Source of the DNA: Hormoscilla sp.
Lineage (GTDB): Bacteria > Cyanobacteriota > Cyanobacteriia > Cyanobacteriales > Desertifilaceae
Assembly (NCBI GenBank): GCA_051439505.1
Contig: JBFRWI010000009.1
Location: 25,813 to 89,812, forward strand
DNA: 64,000 bases
Direction: 5' to 3'
Under the pieces are notes generated by a model. It was not told where the DNA came from. It searched no databases and worked only from the letters and a program-made list of their open reading frames with translations. A program made the position numbers and the translations under genes. Of the stretch, positions 46,265 through 56,660 are shown piece by piece; the stretch's first letter is position 1; each line of letters starts with the position of its first letter.

Positions 46265-47410
46265 ATGATGGAACTTGCGGATATTCCTCTAATCGATCAA
46301 CACGCCCATAATCTCCTAAAACCAGAAATTTTCTCTGAATATTCTTACTCAGCTGCTTTTACCCAGGGGTATGACCCGAAGATTGTTAACTATCATGCCC
46401 GCCAGACTCTCTGTTACCGTCGCAGTTTGCGAGATATTGCCGCGCTGTTGGACTGCGAACCCAGGGAAGCAGAAATTATCCGGCAACGGGAACAGTTAGG
46501 ACTGGAAAAACTAACCGAACTTTGTTTCCAAGCGGCTAACATTGAAAGCATTTTCATGGATGATGGTTTTTTAGGCAATAAAATCATTCCCTTAGAATGG
46601 CATCAAAAATTTGTGCCAGTGCAGAGATTATTGCGTTTAGAAACCTTAGCAGAGACTATCTTTGAACAAAGCCAGTCTTTTGAGACATTTGTCAACGAGT
46701 TTAGAAATAAGCTTGAAAGTCCGCCAAAGGGGGTTATCGGGTTTAAGAGTATTGTCGCTTATCGGACGGGTTTAGCCATTGAATCAGTTGCAGAAACAGA
46801 GGCAGAATCTTGTTTTGACTTGCTCAAAGATACTTGCAAAGATCAGCCATTCCGACTCGCGAATAAATCCTTAATTGACTTTCTGCTAGGACAAGCTCTC
46901 GAAATTGCCGCCCGGCAGCAAATGCCGGTACAGTTTCATACGGGGTTTGGCGACCCGGACTTAGACTTGTTATTAGCAAATCCTCTACATTTGCGATCAA
47001 TATTAGAAGATAAACGTTATCAGGATGTGCCAATAGTATTGTTGCATGGGTCCTATCCTTACACCCGGAAAGCAGCATATTTTGCATCTGTTTATCCCCA
47101 GGTTTATGTAGATTTTGGGCTAGCAGTGCCCTCTTTAACGGTTTCCGGAATGCGGGAAACTGTGAGGATGCTGCTGGAGTTAGCACCTACTTCTAAGGTG
47201 ATGTATTCTTCGGATGCCCATCTAATTCCCGAGTTATATTATTTAGGTAGTAAATGGGGACGGGAAGTATTGGCACAAGTCTTGACAGGGGCGATCGCAG
47301 ATGGGGACTTGACTGCTAAAGAAGCAGATGCGATCGCCGTCTCTATTTTACACGATAATGCTCGCAATCTCTATAAATATCCAAGTTCGAGGTTTATATG
47401 TAACCCTTAA
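46265..47410 (+). CDS. amidohydrolase family protein (FluG N-terminal-like)
   Basis: IDQHAHN, GFKSIVAYRTGL, QFHTGFGDPD, LLHGSYPY, YSSDAH. Confidence 0.85.
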   Translation: MMELADIPLIDQHAHNLLKPEIFSEYSYSAAFTQGYDPKIVNYHARQTLCYRRSLRDIAALLDCEPREAEIIRQREQLGLEKLTELCFQAANIESIFMDDGFLGNKIIPLEWHQKFVPVQRLLRLETLAETIFEQSQSFETFVNEFRNKLESPPKGVIGFKSIVAYRTGLAIESVAETEAESCFDLLKDTCKDQPFRLANKSLIDFLLGQALEIAARQQMPVQFHTGFGDPDLDLLLANPLHLRSILEDKRYQDVPIVLLHGSYPYTRKAAYFASVYPQVYVDFGLAVPSLTVSGMRETVRMLLELAPTSKVMYSSDAHLIPELYYLGSKWGREVLAQVLTGAIADGDLTAKEADAIAVSILHDNARNLYKYPSSRFICNP

Positions 47411-47531
47411 CCAATAATAAAAAGTATAAATGCGGAGAAGATCGAGAAAAGATTAAGTTTTGTAAACAGCTAGAGATAGACAGAAGATGGGGGAATGTAG
47501 GCTATAATAGTAAAAAAATGGGTGTAACACA

Positions 47532-48326
47532 ATGAAAAAGCCAATATGGATGACAATATTAGCCTTCGGGACGCTGTTGGTAGGTAGTTGTACGGCCCAG
47601 ACGGCCCAGACGCCCCAGAACCAGACGAGTTCGCTCCAATCTGAGGTTACTACTCCAGGGCCAACAAAAAAATCCTTGCCAATAACAACGGCTGCAATTA
47701 ACGATGATTTGCGCAAGCTGCTAGGGGGGAACGGAATACCTTCGATAGATCCCGAAGAAAGGACTAAGAAAGTGAAAGCAGGTGGCAGGGATCCCTTTGC
47801 ACTGGTGCTGGTGCAGCCGGAAATTATCTTCCCCGATCCCCTGCCTCCAATACCACCACCACCACCACCACCACCACCGATCGTGGATCAACCAGGACTG
47901 ATCGATGATCCGTCCCAAATAGGAGGAATGGTGGTGGATGGAGACGACCTGCCGCGACCAATACCACCGGCACTACCACCAATTGAGACAGTCAGATTGC
48001 CAATTTTGACAACGCAGTCCTTAACAACGACTACGGGGCCGATCGCACCAGTTCCACCGGCTCCAGAAATAGCGTCGGCAGTGAAAGTAAGCGGGGTGAT
48101 AGAATTAGGCAGTGGCAAAAAGGCGATCGTCCAGGTGCCAGGGGAGAAAACACAGCGCTATGTAGCAGAGGGAGAATGGCTAGGACAGGGGCAAGTGCAG
48201 GTGAAACGGATAGAATTGGCCGAGAGGGGATCTCCAACAGTGATTTTGTCAGAAAATGGTCGAGAGGTAGTTAAAATGGTGGGCAGCAGCAATACGATAG
48301 CAGGGAGTTTCGGCTGGACGAATTAA
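47532..48326 (+). CDS. proline-rich hypothetical lipoprotein
   Basis: Lipobox VGSC, GRDPF, poly-Pro, VSGVIELG..AIVQVPGE..YV (PilP/GspC-like by inference). Confidence 0.65.
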   Translation: MKKPIWMTILAFGTLLVGSCTAQTAQTPQNQTSSLQSEVTTPGPTKKSLPITTAAINDDLRKLLGGNGIPSIDPEERTKKVKAGGRDPFALVLVQPEIIFPDPLPPIPPPPPPPPPIVDQPGLIDDPSQIGGMVVDGDDLPRPIPPALPPIETVRLPILTTQSLTTTTGPIAPVPPAPEIASAVKVSGVIELGSGKKAIVQVPGEKTQRYVAEGEWLGQGQVQVKRIELAERGSPTVILSENGREVVKMVGSSNTIAGSFGWTN

Positions 48327-48386
48327 AAAGGTTGGTAGTGGCGAACGCTGATCAAACCGTTTTAGGAAAAATATCAGGAGCAGGAA

Positions 48387-48791
48387 ATGGTGATAGCACT
48401 TGAAGTAGTGAAACTGGTTTATGAGCGTTTTGCTGAAGGCGATCTGGACGGGTTTCTGAAACTTTGCTCAGAAGATATAGAGTGGGTTGTGAATGGACCT
48501 TCAACATTAGAGAAGTGCCGAGCTTTTTATGGCATCAGTGGTGTCCGGAAATTCTTGGATATAATTGGAGAAAGTTGGGAGTTTAATTCTTTTGAACCAC
48601 GGAATTTTTTCGAGGATAATATGACAGTAGTTGTACTTGGCGAAGAAACAGGTGTATACAAAGCTTCAGGTGAGCCATTTCAAAATAGATGGGCACATGT
48701 GTTTGAAGTGCAAGAAGAGCGCATTGTGAGCTTTAGAGAATTCCTTTGTCACTGGACAGCTGGAAAAAAACCACTAGCGATGCACTGGTGA
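48387..48791 (+). CDS. SnoaL/NTF2-like protein
   Basis: YERFAEGDL..DIEWVV, VVVLGEE, WAHVFEV..IVSFREF. Confidence 0.8.
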   Translation: MVIALEVVKLVYERFAEGDLDGFLKLCSEDIEWVVNGPSTLEKCRAFYGISGVRKFLDIIGESWEFNSFEPRNFFEDNMTVVVLGEETGVYKASGEPFQNRWAHVFEVQEERIVSFREFLCHWTAGKKPLAMHW

Positions 48792-48981
48792 AAAATATCT
48801 TCCTCACCTAACTAGCGATCAATGATTGTTAATGGTTGATAGTTGATTGTTATTTGACGATTAACAATTAATCATAAGGGTATTGTCAAAAAAGTCCCCA
48901 AAATTATATGGTGGGGAGCAGCAGAAATTAAATCGCAGGGAGTTTCTGCTGAACGAATTAAAGTAGATAGGGCATCGGCAG

Positions 48982-49467
48982 ATGGTAGAGAAAAATAACG
49001 AGTCAGCTTTAAGCTATAAAGGGGTGTACAGTTGCCCGGTTTGTCGGCAAGGGGAGATTTCATGTTTGCCATTAATGGACGCCTTTGCCTGTAACTTTTG
49101 CCGCCATATTTTTACAGCAGATATAGAAAAGCAATGGTTGCAATTAGCAGATAGTTCCCAACCTAAAAGTTGGCGCTGGAATGGCTACAAGTGGGTGGCG
49201 ACATACCGCTCAAATGTAGATATGACCTGGGAAATTTGGCTGGTGGCGATCGCCTTAGTGCTGTTGCCCCCCAGCTTCATTTGGCTAGGATACCACATCT
49301 TTCCCCCCGAAACGGGCAGTAAGGGATATTGGTTTCCTCCCTTTTGGACATTATTGAGCTTTTTGAGTCATTTAGCTTTTGTCAGTTGGCTGATAGTAGA
49401 ATATTATCAGTTACCAATTTATGTATCATTGCGGGTGAGGCTGCGACAGCTATTGGGACGTCCTTAA
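48982..49467 (+). CDS. hypothetical zinc-ribbon membrane protein
   Basis: CPVC..CNFC then 2 TMs. Confidence 0.7.
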   Translation: MVEKNNESALSYKGVYSCPVCRQGEISCLPLMDAFACNFCRHIFTADIEKQWLQLADSSQPKSWRWNGYKWVATYRSNVDMTWEIWLVAIALVLLPPSFIWLGYHIFPPETGSKGYWFPPFWTLLSFLSHLAFVSWLIVEYYQLPIYVSLRVRLRQLLGRP

Positions 49468-49552
49468 TAAAGAATGGTGAATGGTAAATAGCGAATGGCG
49501 TTAGCTGAGTATTTTATCCTCAGAACCCCCCATTCTTTACGCAAAAATCCGG

Positions 49553-49582
49553 TTGACAAAGTGGTCAGTAAATGTGTATGAT
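49553..49582 (+). promoter_or_regulatory. candidate sigma70-type promoter in convergent gap
   Basis: TTGACA-18 nt-TATGAT. Confidence 0.35.
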
Positions 49583-49699
49583 AAGGGTGGATGGGTGGGG
49601 GGTTGGGGATGGTTTAAACAACTTTCATTAAAAAAAAATAAATTTTACCGTATTTTACCGTAACGAAATTTTTTTAATTAGCAATTAGGGATTAAGAAG

Positions 49700-51967
49700 T
49701 TACTCAAAACGTTGCCGATCGCGCGACCAACGTAGGAGGCGGTAAGAGTTACCGACCTCGACGATCAGACCGGGAGTGCCACCATCGGCAAGATCGGCGA
49801 TCGCGATCAAAGATTTAGAAATGGCTCCCTGAAATTCGCTGTAAATTAAACTGCTAGCTGTAGAATTTACAATTAGAGTACGCGGACCAGTTTGAGTATT
49901 GCCTAAAGAGGTAAAAACTTGCTCCGAGAGAGTCAGGACGATTTCCGGCTGGCGATCGCCCGTTAAATCAATCAATTGCACGGGCAAATTGCCGAGAACG
50001 AAAGGAAAAACATTGACAGAAGCTTCATAAGGAAGCAGTTGACTGAGAGTAGGAGGTGCCATAGAGGCTCTCAAGTTACCAGCAGCTTGCAACTCGCGCC
50101 ATAGCTGATGTAAGATAGCTGTAGCTAACTGGGGGCGATCGCGACTGAGATCGGCAAGAGTAATCACTTGTGGGTCCAGCCATTCCAAAGCCTTGGCCGT
50201 GAAAGCTAGGGGTCTGGGACCAGTCAAGTCGCGATCGGGTATAGCCCGGCCCGCGACTAATAACCGCAGCACACCTTGTTGAATTTGAACGGCTTTGACA
50301 GTAGCCACAATAGTTTTCTGTTTCGCATCTGATGTCCAGAAAGTCAGATAAACTTGGGGGTCAAGATATAGACCCAGCAGATGCCAAAGTCTCGGACCGC
50401 TATAACTATCGGCTAGCTGTTCGGAAAAGGGTTCTCTGAGCCAGCGTTGACCGTTATGAAAGCCAGCCACCCGCAACTGATACCAAACTTGAGAACTGTC
50501 TAATTTGAGAGTATCCTTGGCAGTGGGTAGCAACCAATCTTGCATCAGAAGCTCGTCTTTTGGTTCCACTGATGCCACAATGCGGCTGAGATGCGGTACA
50601 GATGCTTTCCAGAGAGCATTGTCCAGTTGAGCGAGTAATTTCTCAATTGCTTGATGGTTAATTGACGCTCTAGTCAGCTGTTTTTTGAGCCAAGCGCTAC
50701 CGCCGTAGCGTCCATCTTTGGCCGTGCGAATCAGCGCCCCCCAAGTGATAATATCGGACTTCCCAGATGTTACCTGTACCTGTAAGGCTGCCTTTACCCG
50801 GTTCCACAAACTGTCGGAATCCGTTTTGAGCAACCGAGCAATTTCCCTTTGATTGTGGGGCTTCTGGAAAACCTGCAAAGCTGACTGCCAGCGACCATCA
50901 ATAATCTGGGTGAGGACTTGCTGGCTGGGAGAGGCCCAAGATTTGTTAGCTTGGGCCTGACTCACCTGAGAGTGCATGCGAATTAAGTCTAGCTGAGCTT
51001 GGGCTCCTGGGGACCACTCTGGTGATAAGGTCAGAGGTTGCAACATTTTCAGAGCTGGCGTCCACAGACCGCTGCGAGCTAGCATGAGGGCATTTTGGTA
51101 GTGGGTTGAGGTCAGATCGAAAGGCGTCAAAGCAATTTCTACGAGCGCCACAGCTGCTAGTCGCTCTTGACGGGGCTGGATCTGATAAATCTTGAATTTG
51201 GGCTCGAAACCAATGGTTTGATTGACAATTAATTCCGGAGTGCGATCGCCCGTTACCGATGTCCAGAAAGCAGGCAATCCTGCCGGGCTAGCCCACTGGA
51301 TCATCTGCATCAGGTGAGTTTCCCTGGGATTGTAGTAAAATACCTGTCCATAGGCGATCATCCCATTCCCTGTGGTCAGTCGTCCCGTGAGATGGAGCCA
51401 CCGTCCCATTCCCATTTCTGGCTGTACTGAGGGCAGTTCTATCGAGGTTAGTTGCAGCTTACCAGAAGATGCGCGATCGCTCCCTTTGTCATCGAGGGCA
51501 GTATCAACCTCTGTATCTTCATAGGATACCGACATTTCGCTAACTAGCTGATAGTAAGCTCCTGCCGTGGAAAAATACTTGGGAGTGTCTACGCGCCTGT
51601 ATACTCTCAACTGGCTAATATATTCGCAGTCAGTCTGACAATTGGGGCGAACGCTGCGTATTGGCAGCAACAAATCCCGTACCCTGCCGGAAAAATCGGC
51701 AGTGTTTAAATCCAGGGGCTCTCCTGGTATCATGCCCATGCGCTCGACTAAGCCGCGAATTTCCGGCAGAGTACGCATGGTTTGAGGGTCAGTTACCAAA
51801 GATTCGGTTTGTTGAGGCAAAAGTTTATGCAGCCAGACTATCCCATCAGGATCTACGATCAGTTGGATAGCTAACCAAAGCCCAGCCGCGATCGCGCTAG
51901 CACTACTGCCCAAGAGTAATATTGCTAGTAAGGACGCGCCTTTATTACTAGACTGAGACTGAGACAT
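49700..51967 (-). CDS. conserved hypothetical membrane-anchored protein
   Basis: 755 aa, N-terminal TM, two TGDRxPE motifs. Confidence 0.75.
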   Translation of the reverse strand: MSQSQSSNKGASLLAILLLGSSASAIAAGLWLAIQLIVDPDGIVWLHKLLPQQTESLVTDPQTMRTLPEIRGLVERMGMIPGEPLDLNTADFSGRVRDLLLPIRSVRPNCQTDCEYISQLRVYRRVDTPKYFSTAGAYYQLVSEMSVSYEDTEVDTALDDKGSDRASSGKLQLTSIELPSVQPEMGMGRWLHLTGRLTTGNGMIAYGQVFYYNPRETHLMQMIQWASPAGLPAFWTSVTGDRTPELIVNQTIGFEPKFKIYQIQPRQERLAAVALVEIALTPFDLTSTHYQNALMLARSGLWTPALKMLQPLTLSPEWSPGAQAQLDLIRMHSQVSQAQANKSWASPSQQVLTQIIDGRWQSALQVFQKPHNQREIARLLKTDSDSLWNRVKAALQVQVTSGKSDIITWGALIRTAKDGRYGGSAWLKKQLTRASINHQAIEKLLAQLDNALWKASVPHLSRIVASVEPKDELLMQDWLLPTAKDTLKLDSSQVWYQLRVAGFHNGQRWLREPFSEQLADSYSGPRLWHLLGLYLDPQVYLTFWTSDAKQKTIVATVKAVQIQQGVLRLLVAGRAIPDRDLTGPRPLAFTAKALEWLDPQVITLADLSRDRPQLATAILHQLWRELQAAGNLRASMAPPTLSQLLPYEASVNVFPFVLGNLPVQLIDLTGDRQPEIVLTLSEQVFTSLGNTQTGPRTLIVNSTASSLIYSEFQGAISKSLIAIADLADGGTPGLIVEVGNSYRLLRWSRDRQRFE

Positions 51968-51969
51968 CG

Positions 51970-53244
51970 TTAATTGCTAATTTTTGATTTTTCTTTGCGA
52001 TCGTCCGAGAGTAGGACTTGCTCATAGGCTTCACCTGCTCGTTCCCAAGTATACTCAGTTTCAACTAACTGTCGCGCGTTCTGAGACAGGCGCTTGCGCA
52101 GGGCTGGGTCTGTAAATAATCTGCTAATGTTCACAATATACTCCTCAATCCGATTTGCCCGCAAGGCCCGCACTGGCACGTCACCACCATCTACAGATAG
52201 TCCTTCTAAGGCCCGATCGCTCCCTACCACGGGAGTTCCGGCGGCCATTGCTTCCAGGGTTTTATTTTTAATGCCATAGCCCGCCCGTAAGGGCACCACG
52301 CAAACGGTGCTGGCGTGCAGATACTCTGCTAGTGAGGCTACTTTACCTGTTACCGTGACTCCAGGGCGATCGCCCAGTTGCCAAACTTCTGCTGTCGGTC
52401 GAGTCCCCACAATAGTGAAGGTGCTGTCGGGGTAGCGCTGTTGCAGTTGGGGCAACACCTCCAAAGTAAAAAAGCGGACAGCGTCTATGTTGTGGGAAGC
52501 ATCCATAGCACCGACAAACACGAGCTTATGGCCACCAGGGTCAGCTTGCCGATAGGGAAACAGCTCCAGATCTACGCCATTAGGAATCACTCTGATTTGG
52601 GCATCGCGATTAAACTTTTCAAATTGCCTGCGGTCATCATCGGTAGTAACCACCAGGTAGTCGAACTTCTCGCTGTAGCCATTTTCGTAGCGCTCTAACA
52701 GTAAAGACAGATAGAGGCGATCGCGCAGAGCATTAGGGGACGCGCCCATTTCCAGATGATTACTAATCCAGGCATACACGGAGCTATGGATATTCACCAC
52801 CGTCCGTACCGAATTGCGGAACTCTGGACGGACGTAGATTTCATTCACGCTATGCTCGCAGGTAATCACATCACATCTGCCAGCTTGGACATAGCGATCG
52901 ACCCAATTCTGTATTTCCGGCGAGTAGCGATGTAGTACATTTGGGGGCGTTCCCTTCACCACTGATTCTGTAAAGCGTCCCACCTTGCCCAGTATTTCCT
53001 TAACTCCCGATCGCTTCTCGGGTGACGCTGGTAGGGGAAAAACCTCCAATTGACTTACCCACTTTCCCAGTTCTTCAACTTCGGCATCGGATACATCCGC
53101 GTCCCGCTGGGTTACCAGGGTGACATGATGACGCTGATGTAGGTATTTGAGCATATTAAAAGTTCTGATCTCAGTTCCTCCCCGGCTAGGCGGATAGGGG
53201 AACGTCGAGGATAGCATCAGAATATTCATGGGTTTTATTGCCAT
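51970..53244 (-). CDS. glycosyltransferase family 4
   Basis: FPYPPSRGG, IPNGVD, GIKNKTLEAMAAGTPVV. Confidence 0.9.
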   Translation of the reverse strand: MAIKPMNILMLSSTFPYPPSRGGTEIRTFNMLKYLHQRHHVTLVTQRDADVSDAEVEELGKWVSQLEVFPLPASPEKRSGVKEILGKVGRFTESVVKGTPPNVLHRYSPEIQNWVDRYVQAGRCDVITCEHSVNEIYVRPEFRNSVRTVVNIHSSVYAWISNHLEMGASPNALRDRLYLSLLLERYENGYSEKFDYLVVTTDDDRRQFEKFNRDAQIRVIPNGVDLELFPYRQADPGGHKLVFVGAMDASHNIDAVRFFTLEVLPQLQQRYPDSTFTIVGTRPTAEVWQLGDRPGVTVTGKVASLAEYLHASTVCVVPLRAGYGIKNKTLEAMAAGTPVVGSDRALEGLSVDGGDVPVRALRANRIEEYIVNISRLFTDPALRKRLSQNARQLVETEYTWERAGEAYEQVLLSDDRKEKSKISN

Positions 53245-53340
53245 TATTTGAAATTGCTTAATCTTGCACTAGATGCAATTCATCATACAAGGGGTTCGGT
53301 GGTCGATTATATTAATTACAAGCAAGGCTTGGGGGATTAC

Positions 53341-53586
53341 ATCGAAGCTATTGAGCTGAAGTTTCTGTTTGGAGGGAGTTTACCGGTTACCGGTCTTTCC
53401 CCGGAAGCTGTCATCCCCTGCTGGATTACCGGTGACTGCCATGGAAACAGGAGACACCGGCAGGCAGCAGCTCGACTCTCAGTCATCCTCAGTTTAGCAG
53501 CACGAGGCGCTCTGGCAGGCAGGAGAGAAAAAATCTAGGATATCGCGGCGATTGGCTGTTTTTTGTTATAGTCAACGAAAGTATAA
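53341..53586 (+). pseudogene. collapsed remnant of an rcaD-like gene
   Basis: 5' end atcgaagctattgagctgaagtt and 3' end ctgttttttgttatagt match the ends of 55786..56601. Confidence 0.65.
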
Positions 53587-53596
53587 GGAGGTCAAC

Positions 53597-55648
53597 ATGC
53601 CATCGATAGATGAGATTCTTAAACAGGCGGATAACCCCTTTGATAAATATATTACGGGTAACTTTTGTGGAGAAGAACAGAACCAAACCCCCATCGTGGA
53701 ATCAATTCATCAACAGGAATTTGCTAAAATAGCAAAAGTTCTCGATTGGGTAAGGAAAGACCATCGCCCGAGCACGGTAATGCTAGCTGGTGACTCCGGT
53801 ATGGGCAAGAGTTATCTCTTAAAGCGCCTCAAGCAGCAGTTCGACAGCAAAGCATTTTTTGCCTACATCGATCCCTGGGCAGACAGCGACTACATCTGGC
53901 GTCATACCCTGCGCTATACTGTTGATAGCTTGATGCACGTGCCAGAAAACCAACAAGAGTCTCAGTTGCTCGTCATGCTGAAAAGTATGCTGGCTGATAG
54001 CAGCTTGCTAATGGGCGAAAGAAAACATTTTATCAATCAACTGAGAGCAACCTATAGATCTGGTATTTACAACGCCAAAGAGTTTTTTGGGGTGTTATAT
54101 GACTTGAATAATCCCGAACTGAGGCTCGCCGCCTCTGACTGGTTGCGAGGAGATGACCTCGATGAAGAGGATCTTAACTCTTTGGGAGTCAAAAATGCTA
54201 TTAACAGTGAAGATGCAGCCCAAAAGGTGATGAGAAATTTGGGCATAATTTCCCCACGACCAATAGTGCTGTGTTTCGACCAACTCGATAACATCCCCCG
54301 CCTGCCAAATAGCAAGCTCCTAGATCTGCAAGCTTTGTTGAATATCAACTCTAGCCTGCACACTTATGCACGCAATTTTATGCCGGTCATTAGTATTATT
54401 ACCCAGACTTGGAAACGCAATATCAATGTAGAAGTTCAATCTGCCGACCAAGCTAGGATTAATGTAGTGGTTCGCCTGAGGCCAATATCTCTAGATCGAG
54501 CGGAAGAACTCTGGGCCAGCAGACTAGATCCTCTCCACCAGCAAGCTAACCCTCAACCCCCTTCGCCCATTTATCCCTTAACTCGACAATGGTTGGAGAA
54601 AAAAATCCCCCAGGGCAAAACTACTCCCCGCTATGTGCTGGCGGAGGGACGTAAGCTAATCGAAGAGTACAAAGAAACTCTAATTATTGCTACACCCAAA
54701 ATTACCCAAAAGACGCCTCCTCGCCCCAAACCGACTGTCAAGCCAGACTTCCAGGCAGCTTTAGTGCGGGAATGGGACCATGAATTCCAGAATAATTCCC
54801 AAAAAATTACCCGAATAGGGCATTACGATGGTCCGGAACTGATAAAGATGTTGCAATTGGCTCTCAAAGCCTTGCAGATCGAGGGTATTAAGTCTAAATT
54901 TCTGTCGGTCAGCCGCACATTCGCCAGTTATTCATTCAGTTATCAACCGCCAGATGGACAGGGACGGGTAGGATTAGTTTGGGTGGAAAATCCCAAAATG
55001 ACTAGCTTTGCTCATCTGATGAAAGCTTGCTTGCAAATAATTCAGAAAAATCTCTGTCAAGCTCTGTACTTGATTAGAAGTGAAGGAGTGGGTAAACCTA
55101 ACCAGAAGGGGAATCAAATATATCGGGAAATATTCACTGGTTCTCACCATCGTCACATTAAACCGGATCTGCATTCGGTATTGTACCTGGCAACCTACTA
55201 TAGCCTGGTGAAGAAGGCTAACTCTAAAGAGTTAGTAGTTGCCGATCGAGTTCTGACGCTAGAATTTTTAGAAAAACTGCTCCGTGACTCTCAGATTCTG
55301 CATAACTGTCCTTTGCTGCAAGATTTGGGAATTGTCCCCACAAGGAAGGATGACGAGCAAAATCCAGAACGCGCCACCCGATCGCCCGCCATAGCTAAAA
55401 GGGATAATATCGGACAGGAGGTTAAAGATTTTGTGTTGGATATAGTCACCAACAAGCATCAGTTGATCGGGCGTAATACCCTGATTGCAAATGCTTGCAG
55501 TCGGTTTCCCCAGGTGAAGTCAGCGGAAGTAGAACAGGTGATTCAGCAGCTAGTAGAAGAAAAGATCGTGAAAATTGTCAACCCCAAGGCTCCACTAGCA
55601 GAACAATCAATCTGTTGGGTGCCTGATGCTACCGGTAGGGTAAAATAA
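53597..55648 (+). CDS. P-loop ATPase, RcaG-like (copy 1)
   Basis: Walker A GDSGMGKS, Walker B VLCFDQLD; AAGGAGG RBS before ATG 53597. Confidence 0.75.
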   Translation: MPSIDEILKQADNPFDKYITGNFCGEEQNQTPIVESIHQQEFAKIAKVLDWVRKDHRPSTVMLAGDSGMGKSYLLKRLKQQFDSKAFFAYIDPWADSDYIWRHTLRYTVDSLMHVPENQQESQLLVMLKSMLADSSLLMGERKHFINQLRATYRSGIYNAKEFFGVLYDLNNPELRLAASDWLRGDDLDEEDLNSLGVKNAINSEDAAQKVMRNLGIISPRPIVLCFDQLDNIPRLPNSKLLDLQALLNINSSLHTYARNFMPVISIITQTWKRNINVEVQSADQARINVVVRLRPISLDRAEELWASRLDPLHQQANPQPPSPIYPLTRQWLEKKIPQGKTTPRYVLAEGRKLIEEYKETLIIATPKITQKTPPRPKPTVKPDFQAALVREWDHEFQNNSQKITRIGHYDGPELIKMLQLALKALQIEGIKSKFLSVSRTFASYSFSYQPPDGQGRVGLVWVENPKMTSFAHLMKACLQIIQKNLCQALYLIRSEGVGKPNQKGNQIYREIFTGSHHRHIKPDLHSVLYLATYYSLVKKANSKELVVADRVLTLEFLEKLLRDSQILHNCPLLQDLGIVPTRKDDEQNPERATRSPAIAKRDNIGQEVKDFVLDIVTNKHQLIGRNTLIANACSRFPQVKSAEVEQVIQQLVEEKIVKIVNPKAPLAEQSICWVPDATGRVK

Positions 55649-55785
55649 AAGATTTTGGCAGTTGTCCGGTTTGCTCGCTCTTGCAGGAGCTGGTTAATCA
55701 GACTTGGGCAATAGTGGTATATTACTGTAGGATATTATTATCCAAGCTAGATGGATTATATGAATTGTAAGGTAAGGGCGATCGC

Positions 55786-56601
55786 ATGGAAGCAATTGAG
55801 CTGAAGTTCATGTTAAAATTGTTGGAGTTCACTGGCTACCGGGCCTCCATCAGTAAGATTAAGCCTAATTCGAGCACGAAGGTGTCTCAAAGGGATAGCA
55901 TCTGCAAAAAACTGCGCGATCGCCAGTTGGTGGGCTGTGTAGAGGAGGTGGCCAAACTGAAGATCGCGCCTCCAGGCAAGGGGCTACTGGAACTGGAACC
56001 GGCTTCCTTGCCAGTGACGGCGTTAGAATTGAAGGCGATTAAAGCCTGTACGAAAGGTATAATTAACCCCTCTGACACCGGCATCAAAGCAGGCGATCGA
56101 CAGGCGGTGCTGCAAAGTTTAGTAGAACGGGGCTTGATTACGGCAGTCAAGACAAAAATCACCGAAGTCTGGCTGACAGAACGAGGACAGGAATTTTTGC
56201 GTTCGGAATTTGAATCCAACAGCAATGCCACCATCAGCTTGAAAATGCTGAGTGATTACCTGCGATTCATGCGACAATCGGTTATTAAACAGGAGACTCT
56301 GGAGCCAGCTACCTCCTCGCCACCGGCGATCGCCCCCAGCGACGAGGATATTTTGCAGCTGATTCGGGATTTAGACCAGCAGCTGCGCACGGACAATTAT
56401 CTGCCGATTTTCCATCTGCGAGAGAAGTTGCAACCGCCCCTGTCCCGGGAAGAACTCGATCGGGCACTCTATCGCCTAGAACGAAATAACCTGATCGAGT
56501 TGAGCGCTTTGCAGGAAGTCATAGCTTATACACCAGAACAAATTGACGCGGGCATTCCCCAAAATATCGGCGGTCGCCTGTTTTTTATTATAGTAGAATA
56601 A
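55786..56601 (+). CDS. RcaD-like winged-helix DNA-binding protein
   Basis: ELKFMLKLL..YR, VWLTERG, IRDLDQQL..NYLPIFHLREKLQPPLSREELD; recognised from memory. Confidence 0.65.
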   Translation: MEAIELKFMLKLLEFTGYRASISKIKPNSSTKVSQRDSICKKLRDRQLVGCVEEVAKLKIAPPGKGLLELEPASLPVTALELKAIKACTKGIINPSDTGIKAGDRQAVLQSLVERGLITAVKTKITEVWLTERGQEFLRSEFESNSNATISLKMLSDYLRFMRQSVIKQETLEPATSSPPAIAPSDEDILQLIRDLDQQLRTDNYLPIFHLREKLQPPLSREELDRALYRLERNNLIELSALQEVIAYTPEQIDAGIPQNIGGRLFFIIVE

Positions 56602-56660
56602 AGCCCGGTAGTCGAGCGATCGGGACGCAGTTAGTATCGAACAGGGAAGTAAATATCAAT

